Virus record (IMG/VR): IMGVR_UViG_3300031576_000024
Location: 18,992 to 82,991 of that record
DNA: 64,000 nt
Strand: one strand, 5' to 3'
Source of the DNA: a virus
Shown here: positions 39,761 through 48,141 of the stretch, one piece after another
Layout of the letters: each line of letters starts with the position of its first letter
Position numbering within the stretch: position 1 is the first letter of the stretch
Program-made: the position numbers and the translations under genes
Notes under the pieces: generated by a model
Database searches by the model: none
Told to the model about the DNA's origin: nothing
The model's input: the letters and a program-made list of their open reading frames with translations, nothing else

Positions 39761-40366
39761 TTACTCCTTTATTGAAAAGCCTGTTTTACCATGTTTTATC
39801 TTAGAAACATGTGTTTGGTGTACACCAAATCTTTTTGCTATATCAGTAACTCTGTCACCGTTAGACAAAGCCTGTTTTATATCTAATAACCTTTGTTTGA
39901 TTTCTAGCGGAACATCTCTCCTTTGACAAGTTGACATATTCTGTCTCGCTACACCTGATATCTTTCTACCAAGCTGTGCTTGACTTTGCTTTAATTTAGC
40001 CTCTAAAGATCGCTTCTTACCTTTATTAGCTTTAGAAATCTTCTGTCTAACTAACTCAGGCATACTATCATGAGATAGGTTACCTTTACTTAGTATATTA
40101 TATCCAAATGGACTTAATGAATTAAATCGCTTAATCAATTCTTCCTCCATAGCATTTGCTGTGTCAGAGGAACAATGTGATGTGTAAATTACTACTAATT
40201 TATCAAGACCATGTTTATTAATAGCATTAGTCAATAAATAACCTCTGCCACAATTAGCATTATACACATGTCTTGAAATACGATCTAACGGGTATTTTGT
40301 AGTTTGACCTACATAATGTTTACCGTTCATCGTATTCTTTATAACGTATAGTGAACGATCCGTCAT
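39761..40366 (-). CDS. GIY-YIG homing endonuclease with NUMOD3-like repeats and C-terminal HTH
   Basis: LYVIKNTMNGKHYVGQT, EEELI, GYNI, RQKISKANKGKKRS, IAKRFGVHQTHVSKIK. Confidence 0.88.
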   Translation of the reverse strand: MTDRSLYVIKNTMNGKHYVGQTTKYPLDRISRHVYNANCGRGYLLTNAINKHGLDKLVVIYTSHCSSDTANAMEEELIKRFNSLSPFGYNILSKGNLSHDSMPELVRQKISKANKGKKRSLEAKLKQSQAQLGRKISGVARQNMSTCQRRDVPLEIKQRLLDIKQALSNGDRVTDIAKRFGVHQTHVSKIKHGKTGFSIKE

Positions 40367-40855
40367 CGGTTAGCATGCACGCTTATTAGGCATTCCACAA
40401 GACCAAGGGCTACAGAAACAGTGAAGCCGTCGTCAGTTTTATTCTGCCACGGCGTTAATCTTACATGAACACCTAACGCTATACCAGCATTAGCTCGTAC
40501 CGTTAGTTTCCAAAATTCAAAAAACTCTAACGAGCCAATTGCTGACAAGAAGTTCATTTGTTCAAACGATCCTCAATCTTCTTTAGTTCGTGATCCTTAA
40601 CTGTCTTTCTGACCTTATCAAGCCACGCCATCTTCTTAGGATCTTCGCAGTCTGCCAGCCCAAGAGCATCATCTAGCTCCTTAGCCTTGGCTACTAGTTC
40701 CTCAAAGATATCTAACGGTGTCTTTGGTTTAACAGCATCATATGTGAGCTTAACCGTGTTGTCCCATACTTGAGGCACCCACTTATAAGGTTGGATCGGA
40801 TAATACTGTTCAAATATCATACTCACGACGCACATGTTAATCTCCTGTTCATGCT

Positions 40856-40868
40856 TAATTATACCATA
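40856..40868 (-). promoter_or_regulatory. Phage promoter motif copy (TATGGTATAATTA) directly after the capsid terminator
   Basis: Followed by AGGAG and an ATG near 40835, the likely true start of ORF 40554. Confidence 0.6.
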
Positions 40869-40869
40869 A

Positions 40870-40913
40870 ACAAAAACCCCGGGAGAAAGAATGTTTAGTT
40901 CTCTCTCCCGGGG
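40870..40913 (-). terminator. Rho-independent terminator after the major capsid gene
   Basis: CCCCGGGAGA...TCTCCCGGGG stem followed by TTTTTGTTT on the minus strand. Confidence 0.8.
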
Positions 40914-40942
40914 CACGTTTTTAGACTAACTGATTACTCAGA

Positions 40943-42154
40943 TTAGTACGTTGGGAGTGTTAGGTTCGTGATTTTAGCACTCTGGTTAAGATAGCGCCCG
41001 ACTGTTTCCTTATATGCTTTCATAAGGACAGTAAAGGCATCCTGCCCAGGTATCCAGGTCATGTTAACCCGTTCGTCAATTGATAGCGGGCGAATTACGC
41101 CTCTTTCAATCGCATCTAGGTTAAGGAAGAACACTTGATCCGGTAGTGCTGCCCAGGTTACAAGCCAAGGACGACCCTCGAAAGTAGTCAATTCTTGACG
41201 TGCGCCAAGTTCAAGCGTCATGTCATTGAAGCGCCGGAACGGTAGGGCAATTTCAGTATAGCGGTCGTACTGATCGTGGTTTGAAATCATAGCGAACCCG
41301 CTTAGGCTCTCTACGGCTGTTTCGATCATCAGACGCTTACGTAGTCTACGTAGCATGCTTTCGTCAAGCGCTGTTGATGCAGCATTGATTACTTGGCTTT
41401 GTAGAATCGGGAAGGTTGTTCTCGAAACGTTGTAGATTGATCCTGTTGCTGATACTAGAGCAGGAAGCCCTAGCATTGTTACGTCAACAGGCGGTGCTGT
41501 ACCACTTTGTTCGTTAGCAATGTAAACGCCGTCATTGTCTGACAGAGTTACTGCTGCGGACACAGTGATTGTGCTGTTTGCTACGCTTCTGCTCTGTACT
41601 TGAACCGGACCAGCTTGGGTAATACCCGTGCTGTTGTTCAAGAACACTACAACTTGTCCTGAGCGGAAAGTTCTAGCGTCGTCTACAGTGATTACTGTAG
41701 CTGCTACGTGAGCACCGTTAACGTTAGTTAGGCGGCCTGTTCCATCTGAACGAAGGAACGTAGTTTCAAAGTTTGCACCAGCGCGCTTTACGGCTTGGCT
41801 GATTGCGTCGGTAATACCGGCAGCGAATGCGTCTTCACCACCTCTGCGGCTAACAGCTTCGGCTAGTCCTGAGAAGGTTACTACGTGGTAGTATTTCTTA
41901 GGAGTTACACGAGCCTGCTTGACACGTTCATTACCTGCTGAGGGTAGAGTATTGTCTTCTGCCGCGCGCCATCCACCGCCGCTTTCATTTCCGTCAATTC
42001 TGACTGCGAAGAACGCACCTTCACCCGATGGGGTGAATCTGTTGTTTTCCTTCAGCCGTGAATAGACAGGAGCAGAAAGTTGCTGCATTTGGCCGATAAA
42101 ATCGACCACATAGCGACGTAGAAGTAAGTCACCTAATGTACTAACTGTTTCCAT
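40943..42154 (-). CDS. Major capsid protein
   Basis: 403 aa, downstream of a scaffold-like gene and followed by a terminator; C-terminal AKITNL typical of HK97-fold capsids; internal inserted beta domain. Confidence 0.8.
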   Translation of the reverse strand: METVSTLGDLLLRRYVVDFIGQMQQLSAPVYSRLKENNRFTPSGEGAFFAVRIDGNESGGGWRAAEDNTLPSAGNERVKQARVTPKKYYHVVTFSGLAEAVSRRGGEDAFAAGITDAISQAVKRAGANFETTFLRSDGTGRLTNVNGAHVAATVITVDDARTFRSGQVVVFLNNSTGITQAGPVQVQSRSVANSTITVSAAVTLSDNDGVYIANEQSGTAPPVDVTMLGLPALVSATGSIYNVSRTTFPILQSQVINAASTALDESMLRRLRKRLMIETAVESLSGFAMISNHDQYDRYTEIALPFRRFNDMTLELGARQELTTFEGRPWLVTWAALPDQVFFLNLDAIERGVIRPLSIDERVNMTWIPGQDAFTVLMKAYKETVGRYLNQSAKITNLTLPTY

Positions 42155-42210
42155 TTGTTTACTTAATTTCCATCTTTAACTCAACAGTAGAGTCATACTA
42201 ACCTTTAGTC

Positions 42211-43131
42211 TTAACGACGACCCATTTTCATGACTCTAGCAAGAGCGTTGCGGAAATCTTCGTCCGAGTGTTCGGCTCCGATAACCTTACCTTCTGCTGT
42301 AGTCTTGACTTTGCCCCAATCCTTATCAAGAATGCCTTTTAGTTCATCCTCAGGTTTGACGGCAAGAGTCGTTGTTTCTGCGCCTTGTTGAGCTTTCTGT
42401 TCAAACTGACTAATCTTTAACTTCAATGCCCCGCGCGGTTCGCCATAGGTTTCTACAACGTTCTTCAAAGAAGCTAGCAGCTCTTGTCTTAGACTATCGG
42501 GGTTCTCCTCGATACTGTCCCAATCCGTTGCCGGAGTCCAGAGCTTAGCAATAGCTTCCTTATCTTGTACGTCGTACTCATCGCCTAGAGCGTCGAGCAT
42601 TTGCTCACTAACGGTCTGTACTTGCTGCCAAAGCATGTCTGCTCTAGCTTGTGCAAGTGCATCCTCTAGTTGCACTTTATGGTCGTCAAGGAGTCTCTTG
42701 GTAGCTACTTCGCCTTGCTTTTCAGTCTTATCGCCTGTCTCAACTTCTTCATGGATGCCCTTCAGAGCCCTATCCAAAGTTTCAACAAGAGGCTTGTAGC
42801 GATCATCTTGAGCGAGCCCGCGTAGACGTTCGATAACATCATTCGCGCTTTCAAGTTGCACCAGCTTTACGCTAAGCTCCTTGTCTCTCTCTGTCAATAC
42901 ATCAAGCTTGGCCGTAGCCTTCTCTAATGCGTCAACCTTTTCCTTGAACCGATCATACGGTACCGACTGACTTTTTTCCTGTGCCTTCTGGCCGGGTTTA
43001 GTAGTCTGTTCCGCGCTAGCTTTAGTTTCTGAGCCTGCCGGCTTGTCTAAAGCTTCCTTAACACTACCGGCCGCGGTAGCATCGTCATCGTTAACGGCCT
43101 GATTTAACTTGTCCATTATTTCGTTAGACAT
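42211..43131 (-). CDS. Capsid scaffolding protein
   Basis: Acidic coiled coil with VPYDRFKE motif, directly upstream of the capsid gene. Confidence 0.75.
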   Translation of the reverse strand: MSNEIMDKLNQAVNDDDATAAGSVKEALDKPAGSETKASAEQTTKPGQKAQEKSQSVPYDRFKEKVDALEKATAKLDVLTERDKELSVKLVQLESANDVIERLRGLAQDDRYKPLVETLDRALKGIHEEVETGDKTEKQGEVATKRLLDDHKVQLEDALAQARADMLWQQVQTVSEQMLDALGDEYDVQDKEAIAKLWTPATDWDSIEENPDSLRQELLASLKNVVETYGEPRGALKLKISQFEQKAQQGAETTTLAVKPEDELKGILDKDWGKVKTTAEGKVIGAEHSDEDFRNALARVMKMGRR

Positions 43132-43264
43132 TCGATTATCTCCAATTAACGCCCTGGGAGAAGGATGGGCGAAGGTTTACTTTTACGCGCGAGAGGGCAA
43201 CCCAAAATTGGGATAGTATTTACTACTCGCTAATGGTTAAAAGTCCTCAGACTTCATACCTACT

Positions 43265-43283
43265 TAATTATACCTTTATCTTT
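43265..43283 (-). promoter_or_regulatory. Phage promoter motif copy (AAAGATAAAGGTATAATTA) upstream of scaffold-capsid
   Basis: 18/19 match to the copies at 30352 and 57799. Confidence 0.75.
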
Positions 43284-43308
43284 GCAAGATACACCAGTTA
43301 TTTAGAAT

Positions 43309-43344
43309 ACCCCAGCACAGCGGGGGAGGTACACTGTGCTGGGG
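43309..43344 (-). terminator. Stem-loop, probable terminator
   Basis: CCCCAGCACAG...CTGTGCTGGGG 11-bp stem followed by TATTCT on the minus strand. Confidence 0.6.
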
Positions 43345-43383
43345 CTAGGCTGCACCGGGAGAAGTGCAGCGCTTAACGTTTAC

Positions 43384-45396
43384 TTACCTATAGCCGCGTC
43401 CCTTAAAGACACGCATTACATCTTCGGCTTCCTCAAATGCCCCACGCTGCGCGCCTATTGTACTTTTAACCTTTGGAGTCAGCTTTGGAGTTATCTTCGG
43501 TCCCATCTTAAAAGTAGATTTTGGATTTGTATACTTAGGCAAAGGCATCAAAGTTGCCGGTAACTCATACTTATACCTATGAGGTTTCGTAGCCAATTGT
43601 TTTAATCTACCAGTAGCCATTGTTTCTCCTAACCATAAAGTCCGCCCAGGCCACCTTGAGACGGCTTCAAACCTTGAACGCTAGTGCCGGGCATTGAATT
43701 TTGCATCCCAATCATAGGAGATTGCAGTGCCTTGTCCTTAAGTTTTCTTTTTCTTGATGCTGGTAGGTTAACCAATCCGTCTTGATCTTGACGTAATCTT
43801 TCTTCCTGAGCCATATTAGTCAATTGTGGCTGTTGTTGATAGAAAGCCATATTCTGACTATTAGCTCGTGCGAGCGCTCCCGATAGCGGGCGCTGAAGCA
43901 TGCTATTGCCAAGGGCTTGTACGTTACTTAGGATGGGCATTATTTCTTCTTTCGAGCCTCAAAGACTTTCTTTTGCATATCGCGTGCGCGTCGTTCAGCT
44001 TTTACATATGAACTTTCTTCTAGGAACTCACCCCAAGGCTGTCCTTCTCTAGTTTCCCTCTTCCACGTTCCTGCTGTCTTAACTTTACCGCCATCGAATA
44101 CAGATACATATTTAGTACCAGATGCAGCAGCTTTCGTAGCCTTTTCTTTGAGATAACCTATAGTTGCCATTATTCAAACTTCTCCGGTCTGGTCTTGATT
44201 CCAGGCTTATGACTTCTCATCTGTCTAACATCACGTTGTATGCTCTTTAACACAGGCATCCCTAATCCATCTTCAATACTTTGGTTTTACGACGTTGTTT
44301 CATAGCATCTTTAATCATACGTGTACCTAGTTTAGCATCTTGTTCTTGCTTCTTTAAACTATGAAGTTTAAGAACACCGTAACCTAATTCTGCTGCTGTT
44401 CCAATTAAACCTGCTCCGACGGGGAAACGATGGCGGCCTACCATACCAGTGCCAGCATTTTTTGTCATGTTAACTAGTCCGCGTGTTACTGCCTTATTTC
44501 TTAGATACTTACCTGCATTAGCTCGCCCGATAGGATTTCTAGTAGTAAGTCTAGTAATGTCTGACTTTAGTTTCTTAGGAGTATCGTAGGCTCTCATATC
44601 GGGATTGGCGTCATACGTTACATCTGCAAGACGCCTTCTCTCAAGAGTCGAGAAACTTCTAGGGCCACTACGTTCGATAACTCTAGGGCCACTACGTCCG
44701 ATAACTCTAGTTATAGTGTCACCTGTGCGCCGAGTGCCGCTCGTAGGGCGTGTATTTGTTCTGCGTTCTTCAGACATTACTTGAATTCCTCTGCACGTTG
44801 TTTCTTACCAGGACTTGATCTTAATTGTCTAACATCACGTTGACCCATAGCAGGTACTCCAGGGTATTCTCCTGACTCGCCACGTCTCATTAGCTTCTGA
44901 ACTTCGTATACAGTACGTCCGTATTGGGCTTCTGCTTTTCTGCGAAGACGACCAACAAACTCATTCTTAGTATCCATGTGCTGTAGAATGCCAAAGGTTG
45001 CCCCAGACGACCTTATGTCCTTGCGAACACGATTGTCAATCTTCTCAATGGCAAGCTCCTGCCCTGCTAAGCTACCCTTAGTCGGGTGTTGCTCATCAAG
45101 AGCAGGAATGTCCTTAAATGATTTCTTCACTACATTGTTCCTATCGGAGCTGCTTTATCTTCTAAATCCTTCTCAACAGGAAAAGCATGTTTCATGTGCT
45201 TAGTCAGAAGCTTAGTTTTCTCATCCATCATAGATTCCATCATCTCATGACTGTCAGGGTGATCTTTCTTAAACCGACCCTTTCCCTTCATTCGATCGTA
45301 GTCCTCAGCGTGGTAGCGCATACTAGAAATACGTGAACCAAGTTCATTAGACTTCTTGTCTGCGCCTTCTTTCTTACAGTCATCACAATAATGCAT
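43384..45396 (-). other. Run of short, mostly K/R-rich hypothetical genes (43384-43620, 43629-43940, 43940-44170, 44170-44259, 44262-44777, 44777-45130, 45130-45396)
   Basis: Contiguous, mostly TAATG-coupled ORFs between portal and scaffold; 44170-44259 (MPVLKSIQRDVRQMRSHKPG...) read manually. Confidence 0.6.
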
Positions 45397-45791
45397 TAGA
45401 GTTTCCCTAAACCGAAAGGTTCATATTTTGAGTTGTAACCAGCATGTGTCAGCCGCTCAGACATTCTGGGACCGGCATATGAGTTGTATGAATGAACAAT
45501 GAATAGGCAACCCTCAAACGTTGCTGATTCAATATTTTCTAGATACCTGACTACTTCCATGCCTGAATTCTCATTCCCACTGTGCATAGGGATCTCTTCA
45601 GATTCACCACCTAAGTCATGGTCAAGATATACTTTCTTCAATCTCCCGGCGTAGTCCTTGAGTACACTGATGCACTCTGCGGCTGTTTTACACCAAATCG
45701 TATGATTCGCGTCTTCCGGTATCATGCGCTGGTAGGCCAGTGCCGCCCGTTCCGGTGAATCATCTAAAAATAGGATTGCGTCTCTCCCCAT
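45396..45791 (-). CDS. Cyclic-phosphate-processing receiver-like (cREC) domain protein
   Basis: ILFLDDSPER...YLDHDLG...SGMEVVRYL...VHSYN..G motif set. Confidence 0.72.
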   Translation of the reverse strand: MGRDAILFLDDSPERAALAYQRMIPEDANHTIWCKTAAECISVLKDYAGRLKKVYLDHDLGGESEEIPMHSGNENSGMEVVRYLENIESATFEGCLFIVHSYNSYAGPRMSERLTHAGYNSKYEPFGLGKL

Positions 45792-45804
45792 CTTACTTTC
45801 CCTA

Positions 45805-46197
45805 TTACCAGCCTCGTCTTTTAAGTTGAGAGTTTAATCTCTCTTGAACATACATTCTTTGTGCAGTTGTAACTCTACCTGCACTAGGATCTCCTGAAGC
45901 TATACGTGCTGCTATAGTTTCTTTAACATCTCGTTTTAAAGAACTATACCTTTTAAATGCATTCTTTTGTTCTTTAGTTAATGCAAATATAGGATGACTC
46001 ATAGCTTTTCTCATAAGAAGTCTAGAACGTTCATTTTTAACTACTGCATTCTTTTGCAGCAAGGTTAAACCAGAAAAAGGATTTAAAATGACCTTATCAT
46101 CAGAAGTAGCCATGCCGGCGACCTTAGGATTTTTCCTAAAATACTTTGACTCAGATTTATACGGCTGACGTGTACTTCCAATGGTATCATCGGCCAT
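45805..46197 (-). CDS. Basic hypothetical protein
   Basis: 130-aa ORF in the late arm. Confidence 0.5.
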   Translation of the reverse strand: MADDTIGSTRQPYKSESKYFRKNPKVAGMATSDDKVILNPFSGLTLLQKNAVVKNERSRLLMRKAMSHPIFALTKEQKNAFKRYSSLKRDVKETIAARIASGDPSAGRVTTAQRMYVQERLNSQLKRRGW

Positions 46198-46336
46198 GTC
46201 TACGGGCCTCGCTAAGTGAAATCGCGATGGCCTGCTTGCGATTTGTTACAATAGGTCCACTCTTAGAACCACTGTGCAACTTCCCTGCCTTCCATTCATG
46301 CATCACTTTTTCTGCCTTACTGCGTAACTTACTCAC
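46187..46336 (-). CDS. Small basic DUF6496-like protein (49 aa, not in the ORF track)
   Basis: Manual translation MSKLRSKAEKVMHEWKAGKLHSGSKSGPIVTNRKQAIAISLSEARRHGR; GGAG RBS. Confidence 0.72.
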   Translation of the reverse strand: MSKLRSKAEKVMHEWKAGKLHSGSKSGPIVTNRKQAIAISLSEARRHGR

Positions 46337-46454
46337 GAATCTTCTCCAAATATTCAATAGCTCGTTCTAAAAGTTTTACTGAATCTTTAAATCGTCCCAA
46401 TCCATTATTACAACTACCACACAATGGGCCACGAACTTTACCTGTTTCAGCCAC
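46329..46454 (-). pseudogene. C-terminal remnant of an Endonuclease VII gene
   Basis: Manual translation MAETGKVRGPLCGSCNNGLGRFKDSVKLLERAIEYLEKIRE matches the C-terminus of 25282-25749. Confidence 0.8.
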
Positions 46455-47029
46455 TAGTTCACCTTAATATTACCAGGGAAGCCTTCACGTCCAGGCTCGC
46501 TTAATGCTTTCTTCAGCTTAGCATATTTCATACCACTCTTAAGCATCTTTGTACCAAGTTTAGCTTCTCGTTCTTCATGCTTAGCTTTAGCAATAGAAAT
46601 AACACCATGTCCTAACATACCGGCAGTTGAAACTAAAATATTAGGAACTGCCTCTATATTAGAAAGTAGCTTACCGCCAACTTTAGCAGCAGTACCTATA
46701 GTTCCCATAGCTCCCTTAGTAGCTTTCTTAGCTAGATAGGATTCAGCAGACGCCGTACTACGCTGTAGTAAGCCGATGCGTGTTCCCTGAGCACCGCCTT
46801 GTCCATACGTTCTAACTCTGGGCAATTCTTGTGTAATAGGAACTTTAGGTATTTTAGACTTCTCATGATACTCTATAGCTTTGACTGCTCTATCATGAGG
46901 ATTAAGAGAAAGCTTCTTTGTGCGCCTATTAGAACCACGCATGGTTCCACTAATTCTGCGCTCAGAAGTGCCTGTACGCTTCTCACTAAATATATGTTCT
47001 AAAGTTTTCTTTGTAAGATCATCTGACAT
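46454..47029 (-). CDS. Basic hypothetical protein (paralog of 44262-44777)
   Basis: Shared RR-rich N-terminus and ..LGHGVI/LGYGVL...EAKLGTKML/DAKLGTRMI C-terminus. Confidence 0.55.
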   Translation of the reverse strand: MSDDLTKKTLEHIFSEKRTGTSERRISGTMRGSNRRTKKLSLNPHDRAVKAIEYHEKSKIPKVPITQELPRVRTYGQGGAQGTRIGLLQRSTASAESYLAKKATKGAMGTIGTAAKVGGKLLSNIEAVPNILVSTAGMLGHGVISIAKAKHEEREAKLGTKMLKSGMKYAKLKKALSEPGREGFPGNIKVN

Positions 47030-47030
47030 A

Positions 47031-47540
47031 CTATAATTTCCATACCATTAATTCTGTGTAAATTTCATTTATACCTGTTATACCAGCAGCATTGCCTGCT
47101 GAATCCGCAGCAACGTTATCTGGAAAATGCTGTAATTCTATAGCACCTTCTGCACCAAATACTATAATACCACTAACAGGTAGTAAAATCGTCACATTAG
47201 CTACGCCATACATAGGCGGCCCTGTCAATAAGACAGGGTTGTTAGGACCAACTCCCAATGTCACATCTACTATTCTAGCCTTTGCAAAACTAGTTTGTCC
47301 ATAATGTGAAGTCCAACCGTCTACATAATATCTACCTGCTGGTAGAATAAGCTGACTAGTGAACACTCGTGAGGCACCAACAATAGTGTTACTTATAGTT
47401 GTATTTAAAGTTCTAGAATTCCAAGCATCAGCAGTTAGTGTATTATCCGTAGAATCAACACCGGACGCTTGTTGCTCTACAAAGTGTCCTATTTTTATTG
47501 CTATAGAACCTTTAACATCTAAATTGCCGCGGATTTTCAT
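47031..47540 (-). CDS. Virion beta-sandwich protein (fibre/spike tip-like)
   Basis: WNSRTLNT...LILPAGRYYVDG...IELQH...IYTELMVWKL pattern. Confidence 0.5.
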   Translation of the reverse strand: MKIRGNLDVKGSIAIKIGHFVEQQASGVDSTDNTLTADAWNSRTLNTTISNTIVGASRVFTSQLILPAGRYYVDGWTSHYGQTSFAKARIVDVTLGVGPNNPVLLTGPPMYGVANVTILLPVSGIIVFGAEGAIELQHFPDNVAADSAGNAAGITGINEIYTELMVWKL

Positions 47541-47727
47541 TACATTCCCTTAATACGGACTCTGGCTTTACCAACCAGTACAGTCTTTTTACGGGCCTGA
47601 GGCTCTTGGTGCTTAATAGCCTCATTATTTGCAGGAGAAGCTTCAATCTCACCAGCGTTAGGAGCATAAAATCCCATTCTGGCGAAGTGGTTATTCATGG
47701 CTTTTCTCTTAAGAAGATTGTCAGCCA

Positions 47728-48141
47728 TTACTGGAAACTTCTAGTCAGGATAGCAAATTTTTCAGCTTCTTCTTTGGTATTAAATCTACGTAATACGACC
47801 CACTTATCGTCTTGTTTATTGAAATGTACATGATCTACTTCACTTTGAATATCTGAAGATACAGAACGATTTTTCATATTCTGTGATCTAGTTGCCCATC
47901 GACAGTTATCAGGTGAATAATCGCCGTCATTATCAATACGGTCTAGTTGTAGCCCACGTTGCCATGTAGAAAACATGTCTTCTATGAAGTTATTAATATC
48001 ATGCCAGCGGTCACAAACTTTAACACCTTTTGAAGTATAATATTTATCTTTGCTACATCTATAATGCATAGCATAATAATGTTTTGCAATTGGATGTGTA
48101 GACAACCCATGTTTTGTGGCATTAATATTATGATAATCCAT
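47728..48141 (-). CDS. HNH-family homing endonuclease-like protein (paralog 4)
   Basis: GVKVCDRW...LQLDRIDNDGDYSPDNCRWAT; TAATG-coupled at both ends. Confidence 0.85.
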   Translation of the reverse strand: MDYHNINATKHGLSTHPIAKHYYAMHYRCSKDKYYTSKGVKVCDRWHDINNFIEDMFSTWQRGLQLDRIDNDGDYSPDNCRWATRSQNMKNRSVSSDIQSEVDHVHFNKQDDKWVVLRRFNTKEEAEKFAILTRSFQ

